Shown here in pieces: positions 18,522-27,399 of a stretch of 64,000 nucleotides of DNA. The stretch's first letter is position 1; each line of letters starts with the position of its first letter. The translations under genes were made by a program, and so were the position numbers. Below the pieces are notes generated by a model. That model was not told where the DNA came from and did not search any database. It saw only the letters and a program-made list of their open reading frames with translations. The DNA comes from an uncultured Actinomycetes bacterium (GTDB lineage Bacteria; Actinomycetota; Thermoleophilia; Gaiellales; Gaiellaceae). Location: contig CAVVDH010000001.1 of the NCBI GenBank assembly GCA_963746965.1, positions 195,269 through 259,268 of the forward strand, read 5' to 3'.

Positions 18522-20531
18522 ATGGGGTTCGTCTGGTTCTTCCTCGGTTCGGCGCTCGTCTGCTCGACGGCGGTGCTGGCGGCGGCGAGCCTACGCCTGG
18601 GAAGCGCTCCGAGCTTCCTGCTCGCGGCTTACCTGTTTGCAGTTGCCGAGCTGGTCGCGCTCGCCGAGGTCCTTTCACCGTTCCACGCGGTCACGCGGCT
18701 CGGGTATCTCACCGGAGGAGCGGTCGCCGCTCTTGCCGCAGGCGCCGTCTGGTTGGCCCGAGGCCGTCCCCGGCCCCCGTTGCCGGCGCTGCAGTGGGTT
18801 CGAGAGCTCCGCTCACAGCCGGTCCTGTTGATCCTCGCCGGAGCCGTGGTGCTCGCTCTCGGGTACGAGCTCGTCGTCGGTGTGACGACCCCGCCGAACA
18901 ACTGGGATTCGCTCTGGCATCACCTCGTCCGGGCCGCGATGTGGCGCCAGTACCACGCCGTGGCGGCAGTTCCCAACGCGCCCGCGCCCCTCGGCATCAA
19001 CGGCGATCCCCCAGATGCCGAGCTGCAGATCCTCTTCGGGATGGTGCTGCTCGGACGGGACACGTTCGCGGCGATGCCGCAGTTCCTCGCCGAGTCTGCG
19101 CTGCTCGTGTCGGTCTTCGGCACGGCACGACGCCTTGGGTTCGCTCGTGACGCATCCGCATTCGCCGCGCTCATGACCGCCACGCTGTCCGAAGTCGCGC
19201 TTCAATCGGTGACGACACAGAACGATCTCGCAGTGGCCGCGCTCGTCGCGGCGGGAGCGTACTTCCTCCTCGGGCGCAGTCGAATCGAGCTCACCCTCGC
19301 AGGGCTTGCGATCGGTCTCGCGGTCGGCACGAAGCTGACGGCGCTGCTCGCTCTCCCGGCGCTCGCGCTGATCGCGCTCGCCGCCGGAGGCATCCGGCGC
19401 GCTGCTGCGGTGGCTGCCTGCGCAGCCGCCGGTTTCGCCGCGTTCGGTGCCTTCATCTACTTCCAATCGAGCGTGGCCGCCAGCACGGCGGCCGGCAACG
19501 CAACCACCGTCTCCGGCGGCGGCGCAAGTTCGGTGCGAGCCGAACCGTCCGTCGTTAACGGCGTCTCGACGGCCGCCCGCGTCCTCTATGGCTTCGTCGA
19601 CTTGTCGGGGTTCCAGCATGTGTTTGCCAACGAGACGGCCATGATCGTCCTGCTGTTCTCCGTGCCCGCGGGTGCCGCCGTCGTCGTACGCCGCTGGGCG
19701 CCCTCGATCGGCCTGGCGGCGTTGGTGCCGCTCGTCGGATATTTGCTGTCACGCGCCGGGATCGCGATGTTCTGGCTCTTCCATATTCCGGCGAACCCGT
19801 CCCACGCGACGGGCGACGCCAGGTTCACCTTCGGGCTCCACGACTTCGCCAGCGAAAACGTGTCGTATTTCGGCCCCATTGGGATGCTGCTCCTTTGGCC
19901 GCTGTCGGTCTGGGGCTGCGTGGCGTGGGCCCGAGGCAGGATCGACCGTAGACTCGGCGCGCTGGCAGCTGCCCTGCCGATCTACCTCGTCGGATTCGTC
20001 GCATCCCTGAGTTGGGACGCGCACGTCGGCCGCTATTTCATCTCCGCGGTCGCGCTGGTGATGCCATTGGCGGCTCTCACCTATCGGAAGCCACTGTTCG
20101 CGCGCGCGTTGACCGTTGTCGGCGTCGTCGCGCTCGTGCTCGTTCACGCGTTCAACCTGGCGAAACCGATCGGACTGGCGGGAACCCGGCCGATCTGGTC
20201 CATGTCGCGCATCGAGGCGCTTACGCTCGAGCGTCCCGGGATGCAGCCCGTGCTCGAACGAGTCGCGAGGAAGGTGCCTCGGAACGCACATGTCGGACTC
20301 GTCCTCGATAGCCAGGACTGGAGCTACCCCTTCTTCGGCGCTGAGCTAGCGCGAACGGTTACGTATCTCGAGGAGACCCACACGCGCAGACACGCGGCTG
20401 CAGATCACCTCTCGTGGCTCATCGTCCACGCGCGGCCATGGCACTGGCGAATCGTCGCAGTCACCGCGCAAGACAGCGACAAATACGCTGGGCCACCCGC
20501 CCGGCCACGCAAGACGGCAGCGCGTCAGTGA
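18522..20531 (+). CDS. Large polytopic membrane protein, GT-C-like (ArnT/PMT_2-like) glycosyltransferase candidate
   Basis: 669 aa with about 12 hydrophobic helices followed by a ~150-aa soluble C-terminus. The loop after TM3 reads PPNNWDSLWHHLVRAAMWRQYH. Confidence 0.65.
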   Translation: MGFVWFFLGSALVCSTAVLAAASLRLGSAPSFLLAAYLFAVAELVALAEVLSPFHAVTRLGYLTGGAVAALAAGAVWLARGRPRPPLPALQWVRELRSQPVLLILAGAVVLALGYELVVGVTTPPNNWDSLWHHLVRAAMWRQYHAVAAVPNAPAPLGINGDPPDAELQILFGMVLLGRDTFAAMPQFLAESALLVSVFGTARRLGFARDASAFAALMTATLSEVALQSVTTQNDLAVAALVAAGAYFLLGRSRIELTLAGLAIGLAVGTKLTALLALPALALIALAAGGIRRAAAVAACAAAGFAAFGAFIYFQSSVAASTAAGNATTVSGGGASSVRAEPSVVNGVSTAARVLYGFVDLSGFQHVFANETAMIVLLFSVPAGAAVVVRRWAPSIGLAALVPLVGYLLSRAGIAMFWLFHIPANPSHATGDARFTFGLHDFASENVSYFGPIGMLLLWPLSVWGCVAWARGRIDRRLGALAAALPIYLVGFVASLSWDAHVGRYFISAVALVMPLAALTYRKPLFARALTVVGVVALVLVHAFNLAKPIGLAGTRPIWSMSRIEALTLERPGMQPVLERVARKVPRNAHVGLVLDSQDWSYPFFGAELARTVTYLEETHTRRHAAADHLSWLIVHARPWHWRIVAVTAQDSDKYAGPPARPRKTAARQ

Positions 20532-20662
20532 TTCCGGCTCTGTAGGCCGGGTTCTGCCGAGCCCGGGGCCAGCGAGATGCGCCCGGGCACCGGCACAGCA
20601 CCCCGCCCTCTCGTCTCAGCACAGCCCCACGTAAGGGGGGCGAGGTCGACACGCCGCCAAAA

Positions 20663-20668
20663 AAGAAT
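20663..20668 (+). promoter_or_regulatory. -10-like hexamer AAGAAT, 6 nt upstream of GTG 20675
   Basis: ccaaaaAAGAATcgcagtGTG. An A-rich patch in an otherwise GC-rich spacer. Confidence 0.35.
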
Positions 20669-20674
20669 CGCAGT

Positions 20675-21697
20675 GTGAAGCGTCTGGGGTACGCGCGGCC
20701 ACTGGACGGCATCCGGGGCGTCGGTGCCATGGCTGTCATCTCCGCGCACTACTTCGACTATCTCGCGGGCGGCTTCTACAGCATGGAGGTCTTCTTCGCC
20801 CTCTCGGGCTTCCTGATCACGACGCTGCTGCTGGAGGAGCGCGACCGCACCGGGAAGATCGCGATCTCGGCCTTCTACCGCCGGCGCGCCCAGCGCCTCC
20901 TGCCCGGACTGTTCGCCGTGCTGACGGCGTACGCGGCAGTCTCCATCTGGACCTCGCCCGTCGGAGCGCTGGAGCGAATCGCAGCGGGCGGTCTCTACGC
21001 GACCAACATCGTCATCGCATCCGGCTCACACCTGCTCGACGACACGCCATTCCTGCCGTTCTGGACGCTCGCTCAGGAGGAGCAGTTCTATCTGCTCTGG
21101 CCGCTCCTGCTCCTCCTGCTCCTGCGGAGGCGGGTTCGCGAGTCGCGAGTGGCAGCCCTGCTCGCCCTCATCTTTGTCGCCTCGGTGATCCACCGGACCG
21201 AGCTCACCATGGCCGGAGCCGCGGCCCAGCGGATCTACATCGCCCCCGACACGCATTCCGACGCACTCGTTCTCGGTTGTCTACTCGCCGTGTTGCGCCG
21301 TGGCGGCCTCCGAATCCCGCAGCCGGCCGGATGGCTCGCGATCGCGGCCCTCGTCGCCGGGTCGTCCCTCGTTTCACAGCAGGTTGCGATCGCATACGGA
21401 ATCGCACCGATGGCGGTCGCGGCCACGCTCGTGGTCGGCGCCGCGCTCGAACCGGGCAGGCTCGGACGGTGGCTCTCATACCCGCCTCTGGTCTGGCTCG
21501 GCACGATCTCGTACAGCCTCTACCTCTGGCACTACTTCGTCTGGTGGCTCCTCGACTACAGGCCCTTCCTCGGAATGGCGCTCACGCTCGTGGTCGCAGC
21601 GGTCTGTTACTACAAGGTGGAGAGACCGCTTCGAACGGCCTGGCGCGCACGGCGCACGCCGGCCATCGAGCCCGAGCCGGCGCTCGCCCAGGGCTAG
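20675..21697 (+). CDS. Acyltransferase family 3 (O-acyl/acetyltransferase, OafA/YrhL-like)
   Basis: 340 aa. LDGIRGVGAMAVISAHY, FFALSGFLITTLL, about 10 TM helices. Confidence 0.9.
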   Translation: MKRLGYARPLDGIRGVGAMAVISAHYFDYLAGGFYSMEVFFALSGFLITTLLLEERDRTGKIAISAFYRRRAQRLLPGLFAVLTAYAAVSIWTSPVGALERIAAGGLYATNIVIASGSHLLDDTPFLPFWTLAQEEQFYLLWPLLLLLLLRRRVRESRVAALLALIFVASVIHRTELTMAGAAAQRIYIAPDTHSDALVLGCLLAVLRRGGLRIPQPAGWLAIAALVAGSSLVSQQVAIAYGIAPMAVAATLVVGAALEPGRLGRWLSYPPLVWLGTISYSLYLWHYFVWWLLDYRPFLGMALTLVVAAVCYYKVERPLRTAWRARRTPAIEPEPALAQG

Positions 21698-21756
21698 GGC
21701 CCGGAGGCGCTCATGCACCGCACCACCATGTCAACGGACTAGTCTCGGGCGCTGTC

Positions 21757-22920
21757 GTGCGGATCGTCCTCGTCAGCGCCAACTTCGCCCCGCACGTCGG
21801 TGGAATCGAGCGCTTCACCGAAGTCCTCGCAGGGGCCCTCGCCCGACGCGGGCACGATGTTGCCGTCTGCTGCTGCCGATCCGGAGGAGCTCCGATCCGC
21901 GAGGATCGAGACGGCTTCTCCATCCACCGCATCCGGTCGACGTACGTGGTCGACCGGCGGCTGAACGTCCCCTATCCGCTGCCCAACCCAGTCGAGCTCG
22001 TGAAGAGGCTCTCGCGCGCGACGGCCCAGGCCGACGTCGTGCACGTCCAGGACACGCTCTACGCGACCTCGTTGCCGGCGCTGCTCCTCGCCCGTAAGCG
22101 CGGGATTGCCACGGTGCTCACCCAGCATGTCACGTTCGTCCCGCAGGAGAGAGCACTGCTGGACGGAGCGCAGCGAGTCGCGATCGCCACGCTCGGCCGG
22201 TGTGCTCGGCTCGCGACTGCGGTGGCGACCTACAACACCGCCGTCGCCGAGTGGGTGGCGAGCCGCTGGGGAATCGAAGACGTGCACGTCCTACCCGTCG
22301 GCGTGGAGACGAGCGGCGACGAGCCGGCCGACCGGGCCGCTGTCAGACGCTCCTTCGGTCTGCCCGGGGAAGCGTTCCTCGCCCTGTTCGTCGGACGCGA
22401 CGTTCCGAAGAAAGGTCTCGACCTCTTTCTCGAGAGCCGCGACTCCGCATACGAGCTCGTCGCCGTGACCGACCGCGCAGCGGCTGCGACGGGTCCCCGA
22501 CTGCTCGCCTTCATGCCTCCCGAGCGGCTGCAGTCCCTCATGCGTTGCGTCGACGCCTTCGTGCTGCCGTCGGAGGCCGAGGGCTTTCCACTCTCGCTAC
22601 AGGAGGCCCTCGGGAACGGGCTCCCGGTCGTGACGACGCGGCAGCCGGGGTACGAGGACTATCTCGGCCCCGACGACGCCCTCTTCGTCGGTCGCGATAC
22701 GCGCTCGATTCGGGAGGCCCTCCGACGGCTGGTCGCGGACGAAGCGCTTCGCAAACAGCTCTCGGCGCGATCGCGCGCCGTCGCCGAGCGGCACTTCGGC
22801 GTCGAGAAGTTCGCCACGGCGTACGAAGAGCTCTACGGCGCAGCCATGCGACATCGCCGCACAGGCGCGCCGATTGGGGCGGGCGCGCCAGAACGAAGGT
22901 CAGGGTCGGAACGACGGTGA
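21757..22920 (+). CDS. Family-4 (GT-B) glycosyltransferase
   Basis: GTG 21757 VRIVLVSANFAPHVGGIERF; EAEGFPLSLQEALGNGLPVVTTRQPG. The upstream part of track ORF 21277 overlaps the acyltransferase. Confidence 0.85.
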   Translation: MRIVLVSANFAPHVGGIERFTEVLAGALARRGHDVAVCCCRSGGAPIREDRDGFSIHRIRSTYVVDRRLNVPYPLPNPVELVKRLSRATAQADVVHVQDTLYATSLPALLLARKRGIATVLTQHVTFVPQERALLDGAQRVAIATLGRCARLATAVATYNTAVAEWVASRWGIEDVHVLPVGVETSGDEPADRAAVRRSFGLPGEAFLALFVGRDVPKKGLDLFLESRDSAYELVAVTDRAAAATGPRLLAFMPPERLQSLMRCVDAFVLPSEAEGFPLSLQEALGNGLPVVTTRQPGYEDYLGPDDALFVGRDTRSIREALRRLVADEALRKQLSARSRAVAERHFGVEKFATAYEELYGAAMRHRRTGAPIGAGAPERRSGSERR

Positions 22921-22939
22921 CTCTCCTACGATCAAACAC

Positions 22940-23848
22940 GTGCTCGAGTCACAGGCCGGCGATCTTCCCGTGCTCGCAACCACGGCTCGCCGCGGGGGCA
23001 GCAGATCCGACGCGCCGGAACCACGGCAGGAGATCTGGTTCAGGCGGCGCGTCGGCGTGCGCCAGGCCGCCCGCGAGCTCTGGACGTTCCGCGAGCTGAT
23101 CCGCGCCATCGCGGAGCGAGATCTCCGCACGCGGTACAAGCAGTCGGTCCTGGGCATCGCGTGGGTGGCCCTCGCGCCGGTCGTCCTGATGCTCGTGTTC
23201 ACGCTCGTCTTCACGAGGCTCGGGCTGGTGGCGACGCAGGGGATCCCGTACCCGCTCTTCGCATTCATCGGGCTTGTTCCGTGGTCGTTCTTCTCGGCGT
23301 CGCTCCTGACCGGCGGAACGAGCCTGATCACCAACTCGACGCTGTTGAACAAGCTCTACTGCCCGCGTGAGGTGTTCCCGCTCGGCAGCATCACGGCCGC
23401 AGCCGTCGATGCCTTGGTTTCCACAGTCGTATTCGCCGTGCTTCTGGCGATTGAGGGTCGCGCACCTGCACGCGAGGCGGTCTACGCGCCGATTCTGCTC
23501 CTGATCCTCGTGACCTTCACGGTGGGCGTCACTCTCGGACTCTCGGCCACAGTCGTCTACATCCAGGACGTCCGGGTCGCTCTCCCCCTTGTAGTTCAGT
23601 TCGGCCTCTTCGCCACTCCTGTCGCGTACGGCGCGGGAGTCGTAGCCAAGTCGCACACGGGCCAGATCGTGTATTCGGCGCTCAACCCACTCGCCCCGGT
23701 GATCGACGGGCTGCGGCGAACGGTCCTTCTGGGCGAAGGCCCGAACTGGACGGGCGTCGTCGCCGGGGGCTCCTCGGCGCTGGTCGTGCTCACAGTCGGC
23801 TTCGCCCTCTTCAAGCACCTCGAAACGGGGCTTGCGGACCTTGCGTGA
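22940..23848 (+). CDS. wzm: ABC-2 type polysaccharide export permease (Wzm-like), copy 2
   Basis: FRELIRAIAERDLRTRYKQSVLGIAWVALAPVVLML plus 6 TM helices. GTG 22940 was chosen because the track start at 22874 overlaps the upstream GT4. Confidence 0.85.
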   Translation: MLESQAGDLPVLATTARRGGSRSDAPEPRQEIWFRRRVGVRQAARELWTFRELIRAIAERDLRTRYKQSVLGIAWVALAPVVLMLVFTLVFTRLGLVATQGIPYPLFAFIGLVPWSFFSASLLTGGTSLITNSTLLNKLYCPREVFPLGSITAAAVDALVSTVVFAVLLAIEGRAPAREAVYAPILLLILVTFTVGVTLGLSATVVYIQDVRVALPLVVQFGLFATPVAYGAGVVAKSHTGQIVYSALNPLAPVIDGLRRTVLLGEGPNWTGVVAGGSSALVVLTVGFALFKHLETGLADLA

Positions 23849-23858
23849 CGGAACCGTC

Positions 23859-25127
23859 ATGACCTCGGAGGTCTGGAAGCGCTTCCGCGTCGACAGCCGC
23901 CCCACCTACCTCCAGGACCAGCTGGGCCGCCTCGCGGACTACGTCCGCGGGAAGGAGGGGGACGCGTGGCGGTGGGTCCTTCGCGACATAGAGTTTCGGG
24001 CCGAGCCCGGCGAGTCGTGGGGACTCGTGGGAGCGAACGGCGCAGGAAAGTCGACCCTTCTCAAGATCCTTACGCGAGTCATGTACCCGACGGCCGGGCG
24101 AGTCGCGATTACCGGTCGAGTCGGCTCGCTGATCGAGATCGGCGCCGGGCTTGCCCCGCTCCTGACCGGCCGGGAGAACATCTTCCTCACCGGGACGCTG
24201 ATGGGGCTCAAGCGGAAGGAGGTCGCGCGCCGCTTCGACGAGATCGTCGAGTTCGCCGGGCTCGAGAGTGCGGTCGATCGGCAGGTGAAGCACTACTCGT
24301 CCGGCATGCAGATGCGGCTCGGATTCGGCGTAGCCGCTCACCTCGAGCCCGACGTTCTCCTCGTTGACGAAGCCCTCGCCGTCGGCGACGCGTCCTTCCA
24401 GCAGCGCTGCCTCGAGCGCATGCAACACGTGCTGAGCCGCGGCACCACGCTCGTGTTCGTCTCCCACGACCTCGCCGCGGTGGAGGCGACATGCACGAAC
24501 GCAGTGTGGCTCGACGACGGGACGGTGCGGAGCGCCGGCCACGTGCGCGACGTCCTCTCCGAATACCGCCGCTCGGTGGAGGGCATCGGCCCCCAGCATG
24601 CGGTCGACGGCCCTCTTCGGGTGCGCGACGTGCAGATCGGCTCGCCGAGCGATGACGGCATTCGCACCTCCGGCCCACTCGAGGTCGATCTCCTCCTCGA
24701 GAGCAGCGAGGAGTATCAAACGTGGATCTACCTCGGGATCAGCGAGGGTGCGGCCACTCCGATCTTCATGGTCAACCCCGGACACGAGATGGTCATCCAG
24801 CCGGGTCGCACGCGGGTCTCGACCACACTTGCGAGTCTTCCGATCCCGCTGGGCCGCTATTACCTGTGGGCCGCGGCGTATCGCAACTCGATGAACGGTC
24901 AGGAGTTGCTCGGTTGGCAGCGGCTTGCGTATTTCGACGTACACGGCCCCGCGCTCGACGCCACACCAGGCGCCATCGTGCGTCTCTCTCCGGTGTTCGT
25001 CGACTCCGAGTGGCGCGTCAGCACGACCGATGACGACGGCAACGCCGCTCCTGCGCCCCAGGCGGGCCGGTCGTCCGTCCCCACTCGCTCGGACATGCCT
25101 GCTCTCGCGGACCGAGTGCTGGGCTAA
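23859..25127 (+). CDS. wzt: Polysaccharide export ABC ATPase (Wzt-like) with C-terminal extension, copy 2
   Basis: ATG 23859. Walker A GANGAGKST, YSSGMQMRLGFG, LLVDEALAVGD, then a ~170-aa extra domain unrelated in sequence to that of copy 1. Confidence 0.9.
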   Translation: MTSEVWKRFRVDSRPTYLQDQLGRLADYVRGKEGDAWRWVLRDIEFRAEPGESWGLVGANGAGKSTLLKILTRVMYPTAGRVAITGRVGSLIEIGAGLAPLLTGRENIFLTGTLMGLKRKEVARRFDEIVEFAGLESAVDRQVKHYSSGMQMRLGFGVAAHLEPDVLLVDEALAVGDASFQQRCLERMQHVLSRGTTLVFVSHDLAAVEATCTNAVWLDDGTVRSAGHVRDVLSEYRRSVEGIGPQHAVDGPLRVRDVQIGSPSDDGIRTSGPLEVDLLLESSEEYQTWIYLGISEGAATPIFMVNPGHEMVIQPGRTRVSTTLASLPIPLGRYYLWAAAYRNSMNGQELLGWQRLAYFDVHGPALDATPGAIVRLSPVFVDSEWRVSTTDDDGNAAPAPQAGRSSVPTRSDMPALADRVLG

Positions 25128-26206
25128 GCAACGCCAGTTCGGGCAAGCAGCGACCGGATCCGACTTCTCACGGCGACTCCGACGAGCCAAACCGCCCAGC
25201 ACACTCGGTAGTGGCGAAGAGCAAGTCGCTGCCGTAAGCCGGGTCTCAACCACCAAGGGACGTCGCCTGGATCCAGCCTCAGCACGACATCGCTCCCGAA
25301 AACCACGCGCGGAAACAGCCGGATATACGGGTCGGGTGGGGGAAGCCGCCCGCAGAGGGTACGAGACCAGTGGTCGGAAAAACTGAGACGAGGCAGTCCG
25401 TCGACGGGAAACCGACCCGCGAGCGCCCATTCCTCGGACATGACCATGCGGTATAGGCCCTCGTTAGACCATACTTTTGGTCCGGTCAGATGATGCACAA
25501 TCGAGACCTGCTGACCATCGCGCACGCAGCGGAGTTCGTTCTCGTCCACCACTTCCGACCGTTCAGCTGGGAAAGCGATCGACTCATACGGAAGAACGGT
25601 CTGCGCCTCGGTAGGAATCTCGGACATCAGGATCGCATTCAACGCATCTTGATCTCCATACCGAAAGGGTTGATTCTCTGCTGTGAATACCTGGTCGGCG
25701 GGAATCTTTCCGCACGCTTCCCACCAGTCCTCGAGCAGGTTCGGCCATCGATCGACCGAGAACGCGACGAACCCCGAGTTCACGTAGGTCTGACGTCGTA
25801 GTGGACGCGTCAGAGAGAACAGCTCGTGCCACTCGGCACACCACCGGTCCTGCTCTTCCGGAAGGTCCGGGTAGAGGCAGATTTGCCCCTGCGTCGCAAG
25901 GGCGAGTGCGGGAGCGAGCGAGGCGGTGACGATGATGTCGCTGTCGATGATCACGACGGTTCCGCTCGCACCGACGAGGAGCGGAAACGGCTTGAGCGTC
26001 AGCGGACTCTTCAGCAGAGCATCGTCCGGAGCGTCAACCACCGACGCAACCCGCTCGAGACGCTTTCGCTGTCGATCGGTGAGCCCGTTATCGAGAGCTA
26101 CCAAGGGCGCCTCATGACCTGTGAGACGTAGAGAGTTGATCAGCGCGACGGTTCCGGGGAAGAACGCCGCATCCGTCACCGTGTAGAAGGTGGCCGACGA
26201 GCTCAC
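25124..26206 (-). CDS. GT8-like (GT-A fold) glycosyltransferase in a lower-GC patch
   Basis: 360 aa. FYTVTDAAFFPGTVALINSLRLTG, VVIIDSDIIV (DxD), YVNSGFVAFSVDRW. Codon third positions are visibly less GC-rich than in neighbouring genes. Confidence 0.7.
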   Translation of the reverse strand: MSSSATFYTVTDAAFFPGTVALINSLRLTGHEAPLVALDNGLTDRQRKRLERVASVVDAPDDALLKSPLTLKPFPLLVGASGTVVIIDSDIIVTASLAPALALATQGQICLYPDLPEEQDRWCAEWHELFSLTRPLRRQTYVNSGFVAFSVDRWPNLLEDWWEACGKIPADQVFTAENQPFRYGDQDALNAILMSEIPTEAQTVLPYESIAFPAERSEVVDENELRCVRDGQQVSIVHHLTGPKVWSNEGLYRMVMSEEWALAGRFPVDGLPRLSFSDHWSRTLCGRLPPPDPYIRLFPRVVFGSDVVLRLDPGDVPWWLRPGLRQRLALRHYRVCWAVWLVGVAVRSRIRSLLARTGVA

Positions 26207-26215
26207 GAGTGCCGA

Positions 26216-26221
26216 ATTGTA
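26216..26221 (-). promoter_or_regulatory. -10-like hexamer TACAAT, 9 nt upstream of GTG 26206
   Basis: The minus strand reads cgatcTACAATtcggcactcGTG. Confidence 0.35.
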
Positions 26222-26360
26222 GATCGCCGTTGCCGCGCGTAACCGAATCGTGCAGACTGCGTATGCACCGTGAATGAGTGAATGATTGTCTTGAATCTCA
26301 TTAGATGCGCAACCGGATCATTCACCTGCGTCCCCCGGTGGACAGACGCCTCTATTCGCA

Positions 26361-26366
26361 TAAAAT
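26361..26366 (+). promoter_or_regulatory. -10-like hexamer TAAAAT, 9 nt upstream of ATG 26376
   Basis: ttcgcaTAAAATgtgattgttATGgag, within a 160-nt AT-richer divergent spacer. Confidence 0.35.
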
Positions 26367-26375
26367 GTGATTGTT

Positions 26376-27353
26376 ATGGAGAACACGCTCATTGTGGACG
26401 GCGGCTGGGCCGGACGCCTTCTTCAGTTGACGTTGCCGCGGAGTACTGAAGTCGGCGTCAACCTCGTCGGATTCGTCGACTCCGACCCGAAGGAGCGACG
26501 GGATCACCCAGAGAGGATCGCGGCGCTCGTACAGCTTTTCGACGTGGACAGAGTCATACTCGCATCCCCGGGCGAGGCCGGCGACGAGACGACCCATGTC
26601 GCACGTGTCTTGCGTGAGTTGGGGAAGAGGGTCGACATCGTCGAGCACGCCGATGGCGTCCCAGTACCCGCGCACGCGCACGACGATCAGCGGACCCTCA
26701 CGATTGGACTGCCACGCGCCACGATCTCGCTTCCGTCTCGAATCGGGAAGCGGGCGATCGACGTCGTAGGAGCGCTTATTGGTCTGTTCGTCGCGTCGCC
26801 GTTGTTCGCATACACGGCGTGGCGCATCAAGTCCGAGTCTCCCGGACCGGTGTTCGCCCGACGCCGCTGCCTCGGGATGGGGATGAACGAGTTCATGGCG
26901 CTGGACTTCCGCACCACGCAACCGCGGGCCGCGGAACCCTCGCACCGGGCGTATCTGAAACAGACGATGCGCGCCAGAAGTGCGGACGACCCGTCCGCAG
27001 GCATCGACCGCGACCCGGACGACGGGGTGACACCCGTCGGTCGACGGCTTCGAGATACCGGCCTTGCCGAACTTCCGCGGCTGATCAACGTGCTGCGCGG
27101 CGAGATGTCGCTCGTCGGCCCACGGCCCTGCGATGTCCACGAACGAGACGTCTTCGAGCCTCGCCACTTCGAGCGGTTCCTCGTTCCTGCGGGACTCACG
27201 GGACCCTTGCAGAGCGCACCGAAGGGGCAGATTCCGTATACCGCGAGCCTCGAGATGGAGGTCGCGTATGCGAGGACGCGCTCATTGAAGGGTGACGCGG
27301 GCCTCCTGTTGAGGATGGTTCTCGGCCGCATCCGGCCCGTCGCACCTGCCTGA
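26376..27353 (+). CDS. Bacterial sugar transferase (phosphoglycosyl transferase, WbaP/PglC superfamily) with degenerate catalytic motifs and short N-terminus
   Basis: RAIDVVGALIGLFVASPLFAYTAWRIKSESPGPVF, LAELPRLINVLRGEMSLVGPRP, VPAGLTGPLQ. Canonical KFRTM reads DFRTT and canonical LDELPQL reads LAELPRL. Alternative GTG start at 26367. Confidence 0.8.
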   Translation: MENTLIVDGGWAGRLLQLTLPRSTEVGVNLVGFVDSDPKERRDHPERIAALVQLFDVDRVILASPGEAGDETTHVARVLRELGKRVDIVEHADGVPVPAHAHDDQRTLTIGLPRATISLPSRIGKRAIDVVGALIGLFVASPLFAYTAWRIKSESPGPVFARRRCLGMGMNEFMALDFRTTQPRAAEPSHRAYLKQTMRARSADDPSAGIDRDPDDGVTPVGRRLRDTGLAELPRLINVLRGEMSLVGPRPCDVHERDVFEPRHFERFLVPAGLTGPLQSAPKGQIPYTASLEMEVAYARTRSLKGDAGLLLRMVLGRIRPVAPA

Positions 27354-27399
27354 CCACCGATCGCGGCGCACGTGTCGGGAGACCCAGCCCAGGCAGTGC

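Noticed and set aside
25124-26366. Lower-GC patch as a bounded genomic island or mobile element
   Set aside because: I found no flanking direct or inverted repeats, no tRNA and no integrase. I therefore report it only as a compositional anomaly.
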